From Octopus sinensis (Eukaryota), in NCBI RefSeq assembly GCF_006345805.1, contig NC_042999.1, positions 101,928,001 to 101,992,000 on the forward strand: a DNA stretch of 64,000 bases, read 5' to 3'. A program made the position numbers and the translations under genes. Of this stretch, positions 22,871 to 37,330 are shown piece after piece (position 1 is the stretch's first letter; each line of letters starts with the position of its first letter). Below the pieces are notes generated by a model. That model saw only the letters and a program-made list of their open reading frames with translations. It was not told the DNA's origin and ran no database searches.

Positions 22871-25800
22871 GAGGTCAGAATTATAATCCAGATAGAAAAT
22901 ATGATGGGCTATAGATGTGACATAGATGGTTGTTAGTCTTTTGTTGCTTTGTGAATATTTATCTTGGTGTGGTTGTGGAGAGTATGATACTAAAATATAT
23001 ACCAATAAGATGCTGATTTCAATTCAATACATTGTCCTCTCTTTTTTAAAGAATGCCTTGTGCAAGTGAAAAAAGAAAAGATTGTCGAAGATGGTAGATA
23101 GCTATGCTACCAATAAACCCAGTCATTGGAAAATAATGTCACAGCATAATGATTTAAATGCAAAAATGCTTGAAAGAGAAGGTTTTTAAACCCTGATGAG
23201 TGTTTCACATTTTGTTTGTTACTCAGATATCAAAGCATTGTATACTATTGAGTATGGGCACTTAAATCAAACGAACAATTTTCAGTTACAGATCTGTTCC
23301 ACATAACGCACATGTGATGTGTTTCTGTGTCACTACTAACTTCATCTTTCAATTATAAAATCTAGCTACATAGAGCAGACAATCTCATGTGACCAACACA
23401 AGTGAACAATGTTGTTTATTTAGTTTGTCTTTCAGTGTTCATAGTTGTAGGTTCATCGTCCTGTTAATTACATATAAAAGAAACTTAAGTAAAATATTAG
23501 GAAAGAAATAGGAAATCTTGTTTGGCCATGGTTAACAGCCATGTAGTGAGTGACTCCAGAAACCTTCAGATAAAACATTCTCAGCTGCTTAGTTTAGAAA
23601 TCATGCTTTCTCCTTTGTCATATCTGACAACCTTTGGATGATGGAAGAGGGCCTAGAAATTTGATATATTTACAAAGTTGGCTTGTGATGTTTTTTAAAT
23701 ACTGTCTAGATTTGACAGGTATTTTCATGAAGTGTCACCCACTACCTTGAAATACTAAAGTGATGTTTTTGAAATTCAATTTGTTGTTATCTAATCTGTC
23801 CAGTTGATTGAGAGGGAGTATGATTTAGTCTTCTTTACTCTGACAAAGCTTGTTCATTGTGACTTTTGCAAGTATGTCACCTGATAAATATGTGTTTATT
23901 TCTAGACATAGATAAAAACTCATATATCTTGCTCAACAAACAAACAATCATTTTGTTAAGCGCTCAAGAATTTTTATCTCATAATAATCACCAGATTTAC
24001 CATGCTCACATTATTTATGTTTTGATAGTTGAAACTATGCAAGATGTTAGATAATAATGTGCATCCTTGTCTTTGTATGATGTAAAGATTTCATTGAACG
24101 ATTAATTGTAAGGATTGATATTAGAGAAGGTCTGAGAGACTATCTATTTCAGTGTCTGATTTGAACAGATAAACACTTGTGTTTTCAGTTATTTCACATA
24201 CAGTTGTGTCTCTTTTATCTTTTACTTGTTTCAGTCATTGGACTGTAGTCTTGAAAGGTATAGTTGAACAAATCAACTCTGGACTTATTTTTAAATTTGA
24301 TATTTATTTTATTGGTCTCTTTTGCCAAACCACTATGTTACAGAGATTTTCACACAAACCAACAGCAGTTGTCAAGCCATGGAGGAAGAACAAACACACA
24401 CACATGCATACATGCAAACAAGCAAAAACACACAATGGCTTCCACACAGTTTCCATTTACTAAATTCATTAACAAAGCATTGGTCAATCTGGTGCTATAG
24501 TAGAAGACACTTAGCAAAGGTGCTGCAGTGTGGGACTGAACCCAAAACCCCACGGTTGCAAAATGAGCTTCTTAACCATGCAGCCATGCTTGTGTCTATC
24601 GAAACTTTTTGACAACTCTTTCTGTGTAGTGGTTTTCTGCATTTCAATCTAAAATCAGTGGATATGCACCAAAGTTAAACTTTTAAATGAATGTTGAACA
24701 TATTATCTGCAATTTACTTTTCTGGAATATTTACTCATCATGAATGTCAACTTGAAGATTGAAAATGGTTTAAGTCAGATGTAAATATCTCCTAAATAAG
24801 CACAGTACTTCTGAAGGTCAGAGGCACCAGATCACTTGGTAATACTTGCTTACATTATCCCTTTTGTTACCACATATTTGCTGAAATACACCATTTCAAG
24901 GTGCCCCAGCATGGCCACAGTCCAACGACTGAAACAAGTGAAAGATATAAAGGATATACAGAAGAATTTGATAAAATAACTTTGTCTTTATGAGCTGGTT
25001 TTTCAAACAAATTAACTTGAAATATTGATGAGAGCTTTTAATTTAGACCACCTTAATACAGGAAATTTGTATCATGAGACTAAGATCTGTCTCAAACAGG
25101 TTGATATCAAAATGGTTAAACTGACATTCTAGTGTCAGCTTGTCAGAAGGTAACATTACCAGATGTTCTAGTACCTACATTTCAAATATAGGTAATCTAA
25201 GGGATTATAGAAAAAATGTTACAGGCAGAAAAAAATAAACCTGCCAGCTTCAGATTTGAATCTATGCTATGGTAATCTTATCCAAAACTTTATCCAGTTG
25301 ACCTGATCAATTCACTTCTCCATTGATCTGCAATATAACATCTCTTCATGTCTCTCAGCACTCCATTATCTTATCTGTATGGTTCAATGTTCTTTTGTTG
25401 TTGCTATTAATTCCAAATCATTCTAATTGAGCATATATTGTCAGTGTGTCATTAAGTAGGGCATATATTATCAACATCATTAAGTTAAGTAGGACTTTGT
25501 TTCATGGAGATTTGGCTCTTGTTTCTGTAGATTTAGTGACCGTGTAAAGGTAATTGGAAGAAATTTTCTGTATTGGTCAAAACTGTCTACAAAACAAAAT
25601 CTGTTATTGATTAATACTATTCAGTTTCATTGACTTTAATACAATCAAAGTAGCTTAATCTGTTAGATAAAACATTGGATTACCTACTCATAGGCTGTGA
25701 ATTGAAATCTGCTGTATTTTGTTGTTTCTAGACTGAACATTTTATTCTGTATTGCCTCTGTTGACCTACATGCCAAAAATATATTTCTGATTGCTTGGTA

Positions 25801-26546
25801 ATGTATCTGTGAAGGACTAATGTTGTAGCCAAGGATGATGAGGGTTGTCTCTCAGATCCAACTTTATGGTATGAAGCAGATAATATTTGCCATTAGTCCT
25901 TTTGATAATCAACCTGGCCAAGATCACCTCTTCTTCTGTGATATAAAGTGCTTGATTTATGTTATTCTGTGATATAAAGTGTAATTTATGTTCCAAGCAC
26001 CAGCTTAATAAGGACAAAAGCAATGAATTTCAACAGAAATGTGGTAACAAAATGGTTTTAAAAACCAGATGGGGATTTAGGTAGTACTTGCAACTATTAT
26101 ATATATTGAATAACCTTGGGAAATTTAATGAAGGCGCCTTCTATATGCACATTTAACAAAGTGCAAGTGATCATTGAAAGTGGTTTGTTGAAAATCATTT
26201 TTAATCAAATGTAATTATGACTACAATGAATGGAGGTTATTAGCACTAATGTAACTTATTCTGTTAAGGTTATTTCTACAGATATTCTATAGAACTTATA
26301 GCCAGCACTTATTTTTGCTACAACGTTTTGTATCGAGATGTCCAATATAAACAATGTGATTGAAGACTGAAGTGAGTAATGAGCGTACATGCCATATTTC
26401 AGGGTTTGTTGCGCCACCTTCATCACTCTAGCTCACTATGGCCTCCAAACACATTGCTAATGTAGCCACCACATGCAATGGTGTTAAGTTGTTGGATTAG
26501 ATGCATTCCTGGGGCTGGTGTGTAAACATTAAAGATTTGTAGGACC

Positions 26547-26638
26547 GTGGTACTTCATTATGCAAACACAATATACTGACTTATGAAAAACATTTAGTAC
26601 ACCTTATAGTATATTGTGTTTGCATAACGAAATACCAC
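26547..26638. repeat. 31-bp-stem inverted repeat with 30-nt loop
   Basis: GTGGTACTTCATTATGCAAACACAATATACT (26547-26577) versus AGTATATTGTGTTTGCATAACGAAATACCAC (26608-26638): 29/31 complementary. Confidence 0.9.
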
Positions 26639-28214
26639 ATACCTACATATCTTTGATGCGTATTTAAAAGATTCAAGGGAGAAAACTCTAATTCAATTGA
26701 CAAAAAATGTTAATTGAAAATATGTAGGCTATGGGGAGTGAATCCAATCTTTGGTAGCTATTGTAACAACTCTAGGCCTGTTTCATTGTTATTAACCCTT
26801 ATCAGTGAAACATCGTCCCTGTACATCACCAATAATTTTTAGTCAATTGAAATTTCAGAATTCTTTTTGCTGTCTTTTTAATAATATTTATTAATATTGT
26901 TTTCTCATTGTTCTTTTAAGCTTGTGTGTGCGTTGTCATTCATGCACACTACAGTACACTTCATTTCTTTCCAGCTTTCACACATCCTCTGTATTCAGTA
27001 TCTATGTTTTGCTACTATGCAAAACCATACATACTCAAAGAGTCACTCAGAGAAAAGCCCTTTGTTATTAGCCGAGTTAGTAGTTCCTTGACCCTTTCCC
27101 CACACAAGTCCTTATTCTGGTTACTGCTAATGTGCTTTAGCAACAGCCACCTGCATTGCTGATTAGGTCAGCTAGATGACAGAAGTTGTCAAACAACTTC
27201 TAACAAACCTCCTGGGCAGTTGAAATAATTTGTTTAATCTGTCTTCTTTCTGCTAACTAATCATGTGCATCAGTTACATACAAAGTTTTTTTTGTAGTTG
27301 TTTTTTGGCAGCCTGTTTATATAATCTAACTTTTTCCATTCATATTTTACATTGAATATACCTACTTTGCTGCCTTTCAAGTATGCCAGCTTCCCAAATA
27401 GTTATTGATTTCCAAATTCGTTGTTTGATAACTAAAATTTTCTGCATTAAAGAGGAGGAGACTGATAACAAAATTATGATGGACACACCCCTGTACATTA
27501 AAGTCCTCTCTGAACTTGTTGCTAACTCATCCAGTACTGGCAACAAACACCCCTATATGTAGTTTACACAGCTTCTACAAGCCATTTGTATGAAACCCCT
27601 GACTTAGGCTTTCTTAGGCTGGGTATAGTAGCTTCGTCTCAGCTAAGAACTTCTACAGATGGTTGCAAGGAGAGTATTTACAGTCTCCTGCTCCAACCAA
27701 ACTACATATCTAAGCTGTAGCAGTTGATGGTGCTAAACCAGTCACTGGGAATAACCTTTTGATCTGCCTGATTGACTCTGCAAATAACTGTCATATATGT
27801 TATTTTGCCAAATATCTTTAGCATTTCAGTAAATACACCTGATAGTCCAGTTGTTTTAATTTCAAATTATGTAGGGTGCTTTTATAAACTAAAATAGGTA
27901 TATTTGGAATATCTAACAAATATTTACTTCAAACCTGATTAGCTCTTATTTTACTTATTTAGTTAAAATGTTATATAGGATATCACCAAGACATTATCTC
28001 TAGGGCAAAACATTGTATCTTAGTATCTGATCATCAACACAAATGCAGGCCTAAATAATAGATCTAATGGTCACGATCTAATAGATCAAATGACCACATA
28101 GAGGTTCCTTTTATTTCTATTTTATTGATTGTCATGGTCTGCATGGTATTTTTACATTATATATTTAATATCAAATTATATATTGTGCACTTTGTTGTGC
28201 TTTATGTGCGTGAT

Positions 28215-28282
28215 CCGTGGTCTGTGGGAAAATTGTTTTGCATGAAACCAGTCTATGGTGCAGAAATGGCTGGAGACCACTG
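28215..28282 (+). mobile_element. hAT-Charlie (MER1-like) right-end fragment
   Basis: GGTCTGTGGGAAAATTGTTTTGCATGAAACCAGTCTATGGTGCAGAAATGGCTGGAGACCACTG resembles a recalled Charlie-type terminus. A left-end-like CAGTCTTGGGCAAACTGCGGCCCG also occurs at ~10338. Confidence 0.45.
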
Positions 28283-28374
28283 TCCGATGGTATTTAGTAA
28301 TGTTTTTTTAAGTTTTAAGTTCAAATTTTGCTTCGATCAACTTTTATCCCTCCCCTCAAATTTGTTTTGAGATC

Positions 28375-28700
28375 CCCTTCAGTCATGGCTGACCATGGGA
28401 TTACACCTAGAAAGTTACCCTCCCAGGCACAAGCCCAGGCAAGGTTGTTTATGGAAGATCAGCAGTCGCCCATGCATACTGGCCTCCCCTCTCCACACCA
28501 CTAGTGTTATTCAAGGAAAAGGCAACAGCCGATACAGCTTGGCACCTGTGATGTTGCAACTCATTTCTACAGCTGAGTGAACAGGAGCAATGTGAAATCA
28601 AGTGTCTTGCTCAAGAACACAACGTGCAGCCCAGTCCGGGATTCGAACTCACAACCTCACAATCATAAACTCGACACTATAACCACTGAGCCATGCACCT
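28375..28700 (-). mobile_element. tRNA-headed SINE, second family
   Basis: Reverse complement of 11445-11785 (AAGTGTCTTGCTCAAGAACACAAC, GATTCGAACTC). Confidence 0.8.
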
Positions 28701-29060
28701 CAAATTTGTAGCATACTAATAATGTAAGAGTCCTTAATATTGTTGAACACTCCTAATCAATCTTTAATTACACCTTTTTCTGTCTCTTGTTTTCTCATTA
28801 AAATGGATGCAGGCATGGCTGTATGTTGAGTGGGTTTCATGATTGTGTGGTTCCTTCATTACACAGGTTTCCACATATTGTTGGAAATCAATAGCACTGT
28901 TTCTGTGTCATTTTGTTCACAATGATTGCGCAACATGTCAAAATATGTCAAGAACCCTGACATATTTTTCACAAGCATATGGAACACCATGAGATAGCTT
29001 TAGTGGGTTTAGATTAATACCAGAGATCATTACATTTCTGGTATTTTGCTTAATATTTCA

Positions 29061-29289
29061 TTAACCCTTTCATTACTGTATTTATTTTGAGATGCTCTGT
29101 GTTTCTTTCAATTACTTTAAATATAACAAAGAATTTAGTAAAATAACTTAGTTATCATTCAGCTAGTGTTAGGAACATAAATTGTGACTAAGGTTTGGTG
29201 GAAGATTTATTATTCAAAACTTATGGAACAAGACATTTTTACTATAGAGCCAGAGGCAGTTTCAGCCAGGTTGATAACGAAAGGGTTAA
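29061..29289. mobile_element. piggyBac-type MITE, family 2 (TTAA TSD included)
   Basis: TTAA-CCCTTTC...GAAAGGG-TTAA, 229 bp. Confidence 0.75.
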
Positions 29290-31689
29290 GGAAACAAGAT
29301 TTGAATGGTATATTTTGAGAAAAAAAGTTCCTATGTTAACCTATGTCATTCCTGATCAAGTACATTACCAAAGTCGTCCTAGTCATAGCAATGCTGTCTT
29401 TCTGTATTCCTAGTACTATTGTGTACAATGCATCTTATTTAACACAGTAAGGTGTTATATGAGAAAGATTTAGCTGTTATTTCCAACTCATCAGATGATT
29501 GCAAAGGGGCTCTTTTGCAACTGGCCTGGATTAACTATCTCTGTCTTAGTTCATGAACTTCATTACTTGTTGATGTTCTTTTGAAACCACATTTGCATCG
29601 ATGGATATCTTGTCTTTATTATTTGAATATTGTCCTGAGATTTAGAACTTAAAAGCTGTATGGCCCCTATTTTTAAGATATCACTGTAACTTTAGTGTGC
29701 CCTCTGCACTTATTATTGTCTAATTCACTTGTGGCATTGGTTTCTGAGATGTAGTCATGATTGATATTTTACTAGAGTAGATATTATTGCTTCTCAATGA
29801 TAGTTTTTATTTCCTTTTTCACCATTTTCTTGGATCATATATTAGATGAGTCACTATCTGGTTTACATATTACTCTTTTTTTTCTCTTTCAATCTTGCTC
29901 TGTCTGTCAACATTCTCTTATCTTCTCTCGCTCTCTTTGTGCATATGTACACGTTCATTGTGCTATATCAGCTTGTGTTTGCACATACATACTCTTATGC
30001 TTACACCCACACAGTTGCAGTGCTCCTACTAACCCATGTGTGAGTGTGTGTTGTGTTTATATAATACAATGCAATATGTCTACACTTTATCTAAACTCCC
30101 AGATTGTTTATTATTAATAAGTATTAAAGAAGCTTATTGTGAAACTGAATCCTGGTCCTTGCCATGTTATTAAATCTGAGACTTGAGCCACTAAAGTCTA
30201 TTGCTATGCGCAAATTAACTGCAAACTAGGTGCTCTCCTTCATGCATATAATAATTTATGATTTTTATATCTTTTATGTCTCTTGTTTTTATCTATTTTT
30301 AGCATACAATAAAATGTCTTAGTTTATCGTGAAGTTTCTGTTTTTGCTGTTTTATTTTTTAAAATTCTTAAGTTTCAAGTCTGATAATTACATTTTCTAT
30401 TTATGTTTTTTCTTCTTTCCTGTACATAAATGTAATTTTCAAATTAATATTAGTAGTTTGATGGTGTAGTTTTATAATGAGAAAATTATATTTTCTCTTT
30501 TATATATTTTAAAATCCTTTTAACCCTTTGCCTGGTGATACACAGGACATTACTTCTCTGGCATCCACGCATCATATGATACACAAAACATTGTTTTTTT
30601 TTTTTGTGTTTCCACCGCCAGAGTAACTTGGGACATATGAAAAGAAGTCTTTATCTTCTATTTGTTTCAGTCATTAGATTGTGGCCTTGTTGGAGCACTA
30701 CCCTGAAAGGTGTAATCAAACAAATTGACTGCAGTAATTGTTTTTTAAGCCTGATACTTATTCTATCAGTCTTTTTGCTGGACTGCTAAGTTATGGAAGC
30801 ATAAGAAAAACCAACAGATGTTGTCAGGCAGTGGTGAGGGACAAACGCATGCACACGCATACACACACACACACACACAGATATATACCTGTATATACAC
30901 CAGGCTTCCATACAGTTTCTAACTATCAAATCCACTCACAAGGCTTTGTTCAGCCTGGTGCTAAAGTAGGGGACGAGACAAGCTTCTTACCATTCAGCAT
31001 TACCTGCTTTATATTACTCAGAACATAAAAAACAAAGGCCAACTAAAAGTCTGAAAACAAGACTGGATGTTTAGGACAAACCTCTGAAAATGCTTCAGAC
31101 ACTTCTTCAATAGATGTTTTCTCATATTTGATACTAAATATTTTCTTTTTACTTTTGTATGTCAGTGTGTTTGAATTAGAATATTTTCAATTTCTAAATA
31201 AGTAATCTATTTTACATAAAAAATTTTTCTACTGATGAGTCATTATTTCTTTTTGGAAATGGAATGAATGTCACCATTCTTATTTTTACTTTGTTGATAA
31301 CTCTAAAGCTTTAAGTGAATTTAGTGGTTTATTTATAAAATACAAATTTAGAATTCTGTTTTTCTTAAAACAGTCACAACCATTTTACTTCCACATCTAT
31401 CTTATTCAACTAAAGCCAGTTATTACTAGTAGTTTTCACCTAGTTCTCACCATTTTTCACCACTCTATAGCAAATGCTGTGACACGTTCTCTCCACTGTT
31501 GCTGACAACATATGGTTCCTTTAACCTATAGCTGCTTTTTTTTTCACATATCTTAATTCAAACTATGTCCTCTTACTAGACATCTTTCAAATCAGGCACA
31601 CCCCATTCCTTTTCGAGATGAAGCAAATCATACTCAGCTATGCTGTTTTAGTTTTCTAAAACGTGACTCACAGAACTTTACATCTGTAA

Positions 31690-32190
31690 CAGAGAAGGAA
31701 AGAAAAATGCGTCTGCAAAGCCTGAAATCCAGAGGTCTTAAAGTAAACCTTGCAAAGCCAAACGTTTAGTTAGGAGGAAAGAAAATATTTCTCTATCTGG
31801 GATGTGGCTGTGCTGAATATGCAAGAGAGGAATAGGTAGGATTTCTGCACAATGTAACAACTGTAAAGTTAACTATGGATATACAAAAGATGCAGTAGAA
31901 TTCTAGAAAAGTTAACAGGAGGACTTCTTTGTTGTAAGTCTACAAGAGTAAGCAGGATGAGCAGCCATGAAATGAATCCCCTTCAAGTGTCTGGAAGATA
32001 TCCTAGAAGTGATTGACAGCTACTGTTACCTAGCAGTGATTATTATGTTCCAAAAACATAAGAACTAGATGGGAAAAGTTCAGGTTACTATTACCTTTGC
32101 TGGCAACAAAAGGATCCTTTCTCTAAATGAAGGGCAGCTTGTATGATTCTTATGTACAAAGTGCAATACTGCTATGCACAGTAGCAAAAT
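31690..32190 (+). mobile_element. Decayed RTE LINE fragment
   Basis: LKSRGLKVNLAK..WLC.ICKRGIG..LEVIDSYCYL..RWEKFRLLLPLLATKG. A C-terminal piece follows at 32890-33110. Confidence 0.75.
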
Positions 32191-32614
32191 ATTGGCATTG
32201 AATTTTTTTATCTTGTTTCAGTCATTAGACTCACCATGCTGGGGCAGTTTTTACTTTTTAAAGCCTGGTTATTATTCTATCAATCTCTTTTGTTAAGAAA
32301 CTAAGTTACAAGAATGTAAACAAACCAGCTGTCAAGCTGTAGGGTGGGGGCAACAAACAAAGCTGTACACACACATTGAAATATATATATATGTACACAC
32401 ACACACACATACATACAATAGGCTTCTTTCAGTTTCTGTCCACCAAATCCACTCATAAGGCTTTGGTCAGCCTGGTGTTATAATAAAAGACACTTCCCTA
32501 AGATACCACGTAGTTGGACAAAACCCAGAACCATGTGGTTGGGAAGCAGACCACAACTGGTGGAAGATATCTGAAGGCTTGAAAGAGAAGCAAGACAGAT
32601 GTCCTGCTGAATGT

Positions 32615-32844
32615 TTAACCCTTTAGCATTTAAACCAGCCATACCCAGCCCAACTATTCGACCTATTTTATCTTCAAACTGGTCAGATCTGGCCTCTTAC
32701 ACCTACCCTTCAATGATATTCTAAAAAATATACAATCATACCATCGAAATCCCAAATGTCCAAGATAATGCATGATTAATTCAAAACAGTGTGAATGAAA
32801 AGAACTTTACATTTGACAGAGTAATGTGAATACTAAAGGGTTAA
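32615..32844 (+). mobile_element. piggyBac-type MITE, family 1 (TTAA TSD included)
   Basis: TTAA-CCCTTTAGCATTTAAACC...CTAAAGGG-TTAA. Related copies at 37906-38098 and 41969-42152. Confidence 0.85.
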
Positions 32845-34189
32845 TGTTAGTGTTTCTGATCAACGGAACACAAATAGGGTGGGGGTGGGGTTAAGAGGAA
32901 TCTTTTGGCGTGCAAGAGAGGAGACTGTGTTGGTACAGACATCTGATGTGTATCAAGGATGACAACTGTTTAAAGAGCAGAGCAATGCAAGTGGTAATGG
33001 GGAGATATAGGGAGAGGTGGTGAAGGCTGATTTCAGTATACTGAACCTTATGAAGGAGATGACAAATGACCACAGCAAGTGGCAATACATTGCCAAAATG
33101 ATGATGACAGCAGCAGCATTGATGATGATGGTGGTGGTGGTGGTGGTAGCTGCAGCAATGGAAGAAGGAAGGGAGGAGGAGGAACTGATATGTCAAACTT
33201 TTGAAGTTTTTCAGAACATTTGGTTGTCTGCAAAAACTGTTACAAGGACAGCAGTGTATTACGAAATAACATTTTTGTTAGTATTACGTGGTATTTAGCA
33301 TTTGTTTTTGTTTTTTTCTTGAAACACTGAATAATATTATCAAACAGGTTTAAGGTTTAAATTAGATCAGTTACTTTGCTTTAAATCGTTTCTCTGTTAT
33401 ACAAATGAATAATGTTAAGACACATGACTTGAAGTTTAACTAGTATAGCCACTGCACTCATCACTTAGGAAAGCTAAAATTAGGTAACCCTTTAGTGTTC
33501 GGATTAATTTGTCAAATGTAATTCTTATCTGTTCACATTAATTTTGATTTATTCAGGTTCAAGAGGGGTGTCCACAATATTTGCTTGTAATTTTGTTAAT
33601 TTTCTACATACAGATTTGAAATTTTGTAAATGGGTGCTTATATGCCAGTGGTTTATAGTTATGTAATTTTAGCTGATCTTTCTGATTAAATTTGACTTTT
33701 ATGGGCAGGTAAATTTAATTAACAGGTGTAAAGACAATAACATTGTGAATAAACACTAAAATTCATATTCTTAATACATCTTGCCTGTTTGATTTGTTAC
33801 TAAATTATCCTAGAACTCAACCACCAACAATTTTACATTTTTCAAGATGAGGTACGTTAACTTGAATTAATTAAAATACAGGTGTAATCGATACAAAATT
33901 TTATTCTTTCTCTGTATTTCATTCAAACATTTTCATTGAAAAATAAAGGACAAAACTCTTTTACTAGTCAATATACCATTGGCTATGTACTCTTATACAA
34001 TTTAATGGATTCATTTACATAACAGAATGCATCTAATAAAAAAAAACTCATTAAAAGGTGAGACAAAAGTGAATACAGGTGTGTAACATACTGAACATTA
34101 ATATGTATTTCTCACTTTCACATATTATTTATAATAAAATGAAAAGGAATATATAAAATAACATAGGTACAAAATTATATAGTTATGAC

Positions 34190-35790
34190 ATATTTCTGTC
34201 AGGAAACTGCCCAATGCACCCTTTCCACAAGGGCACTTTGCAAAAGGTACACATATACAAAGTCTCAATCTGATACCCTTTTGCAGTTTTTCTTTTCTGC
34301 AGTGAACACTGTCTGCAAACTTTATTTCCTTCTTCCATTTATCTTTTCGACTTTATGAAAGTCAATATTTTTTCTGTTGACATCCACCTCAGTTAATTTT
34401 GCTTTTCTCCCAGTTCTGTGCTTTCTAGAAGAAAAACCTTCACGTAACTGAGATGTGATGTCAACCCAAAATTTCAAATGGTCGTAGTCATTTGGTGGCA
34501 GAGGTACCTTGTGACTTTACATATACAATATGTGAATCAACTATAAATAATTAAAATAACTAAGAAAACACAAAAGTACCTCCACCATTTCTTCCCAGGT
34601 TGACCAACTGGGTAATATGCCCAATATTGGTCAGATTTATCAACCCACCCATATATTTGTTATAACAAATATTCACTAGGGGTTTCCCCCCAGCACCAAC
34701 ACCTGGTTGTTCATTAGAAGACAGAAAATCTGTCTTTTGTCTTTAAAAGCAGTAGCTAATAAATTTTCCTTTTGCATTTATAAAATCTTCCCTCTCTTTT
34801 AAAATTTTGTTTTCATTTCATGGGGTAAACCTCTACAGTTGCCCGTAACAGTAATGTATTTGTAAGTACTTACATGGGCAAGATTTTCAGCCAATGCCAC
34901 TGAAGTAAAAAAAAAAAGTCAAAATAGAGGTGTCGGTGCTGATGGTGAAATGGTTCAGTAAGAGACCATATTACATCATGTCCCAATTCATATGGTCTGT
35001 TTCCATTGTATTTTTGACCTATGTAAACATTGAAGTTTACATAGGTAAACCTCCCATACCTTGATCCCCTTTTAGTGGGTTTGGCAGGCATGTACTACCG
35101 AAAATGTACTCTGCCCTTATAGCCTATCATGGCTTCATCTACACTGAGTTTTTTCCCAGGTAGATACACAGTTTTATAACTATTAAGGAGTAAATCAATT
35201 ACTGGATGTACTTTGTACAGGAGATCGTAGTGTGGGTCGTTTTTGCTGGGGGCATTAGCAGAATCAATTAAATGTAAATACTGAGATATTTTCAAATACC
35301 TCGTCTTCAACATTACACTTGAGATATACAGATCACCATACTTTATATCAGGACTCCAGTAGTTCCACAGTCAAGGAAGCTGTTTAACACCAAACATAAT
35401 ATTGATTGTGAAAAACATTAATTTCTGCAGTATAAGTTGGCTGCCATAGTGGATCATTTCTTCCATGAATAGAAATTATACATTGCACATATTTGTTTGT
35501 TTCCTCTGTAACATTTTCAGAAAAACTTTCTGGTAAAAATAAAAATAGGGAGTCCAATGGTTTAGCATCAGGAGGTAAATTGTGTTGTGGGCCAGTGTTT
35601 TCTGTGAAATCGGGAATAATATTTGTAATCTTTGGTTATATTGCTATGTTTACAATATCATTTTCATCACTTTCGTTCGAAGACAAAATACTCTTGTTTT
35701 CATTTATATTTTCTATATCGTCAAGAGTAAGAATCGCTACTTGCTGACAACATTTCCTTAAAAACTAAGGTACAGACTTCTCTTCAAACA
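34190..35790 (-). pseudogene. piggyBac transposase pseudogene (PGBD-type)
   Basis: IPDFTENTGPQHNLPPDAKPLD; LYKVHPVIDLLLNSYKTVYLPGKKLSVDEAMIGYKGRVHFR; MPAKPTKRG; VDKSDQ..KKWWRYF; C-terminal CRQCSLQKRK..TLYMCTFCKVPLW Cys-rich domain. Multiple stops and frameshifts. Confidence 0.9.
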
Positions 35791-35808
35791 TTGAAAAAAA
35801 ACCATTGA

Positions 35809-37330
35809 TTTTTTTATTACCCACAAGGGGTGAACACAGATGGGACTATACATAACGTGGGGACATAAAACAGAAAAAAATCAAATCATTGTATGAGAAC
35901 AATGGATGATAAGGAAAATGAGAAAAATGCAATGAAACTACCTCCGAGCAACTCCATTTCTGCCTTTTAACACCTCTTATACCCTGAACCCTCTACAATG
36001 TCTTCATCATGCTCTTCCAACAATTTTTCATATGTTAAAAGGTCTGGTAGTTTGTTCCAATCAAGTTCCACTTCCCACCAATCATATCTACTTTCATACC
36101 TTGTCAACCTCACCTTTTGTTCCTCTTTGATTTCCACACATTGGTGCCACCTTAACATTGTCATACCCCTCTGTTTCCACATTTTTACACTCTTCCCATA
36201 TCACTACCTCTTTAGATAATTCCTCATTTGAATCGTCATACATTATTACAGTACATTTTTTCTTTTCCGCCTGTCTGGAGGGAGTTTGAGGGTTTTTGTG
36301 TGTACTTGCTTTCTTTCTTTCTTTCTTTCTTTTTTTTTTTTTCGTATCAGAGGGGAATGGGTAGGCTTGGTGTCTGCAGGTGAAGGGTGGGTCTGAGAGG
36401 GTGTGGGTTGGGGTTTAGAGTTTGAAGCACTTGCCTTCTTTCTCTTTCTTCTGGTGACTTTTTCCCACTTGTTCTCCATTGCTACTACTTCCTCCTCTTT
36501 TCTGGAACTCTCCAACCTCTCTTCCTTTTGCTTCTCCATATTCTTTAGTCACTTCTCCTCTGCTTTTTTGGTCTATGAAGAGCAGTCTGCTCTAATGTGG
36601 CCCTTTAGGCCACATCTAAAACATCTGGTGACTCTGCCCTCAACCCTGACCGTCATTATTATGTCATCCATAATTATTAACTCTATTATATTTTCCAGAG
36701 TCTCGGTTGATCCTTGAACAATCAGATTCAGTGTTTGTCCCTTCCATATAACGCTTTCCTTTTTTGTGGCCTGGAGAACCACTATGCTGTCCTTGTTTCC
36801 AAGAAGGACAGCATCTGCTACCCCAGGCTACCCAATCCTTCTACACTGATTCTTGTTGCTCTTAGTCCTTGGTAAGTGGGCAGAAGCACCACTTCTTCAC
36901 TCTTGATGGATGTCACTGCTTGTTTCCTTGCTGTTGCCGCGTCCTTGGACCTCACCTCTCCATATCGGTCTCAGAGCCTTTTCCATCTGGTCCGTAGTCA
37001 CAATGTCAATTTTTCCTTTACTTATCGAAAAGGTTCAGTACATTATTGTCCTTTCCTTAATGTTATTACATGTCTCTTGCAGGGGGACGGCTTTACCTCA
37101 AAACCATCCCAACTTAATAAATCTTTATACCTTCCAAATTTTCTGATATCCATTTCCTTCTCCTGGCATATTGCCACGTTAGCAAAATTCCTCTTCTCCT
37201 TCTATTGATTGTCCATCTTCTGGACCATCTCCAACAATTCCTCTTCCAACGACGATATGTCTGAGAAGCTATAGTCTTCTACAGACGTGTTTTTAATAAG
37301 CTATCTCTCCTCTCATGCAAAGAGAAAGCA
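35809..37330 (-). mobile_element. L1/Tx1-like element with ORF1 (zinc knuckle) and no RT
   Basis: CFRCGLKGHIRADC (CX2CX4HX4C) followed by a basic/acidic KWEKVTRRKRKK region, a short unassigned segment, and a 3' end CCCCTTGTGGGTAATAAAAAAA (T-run 35809-35815 on +). Confidence 0.65.
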
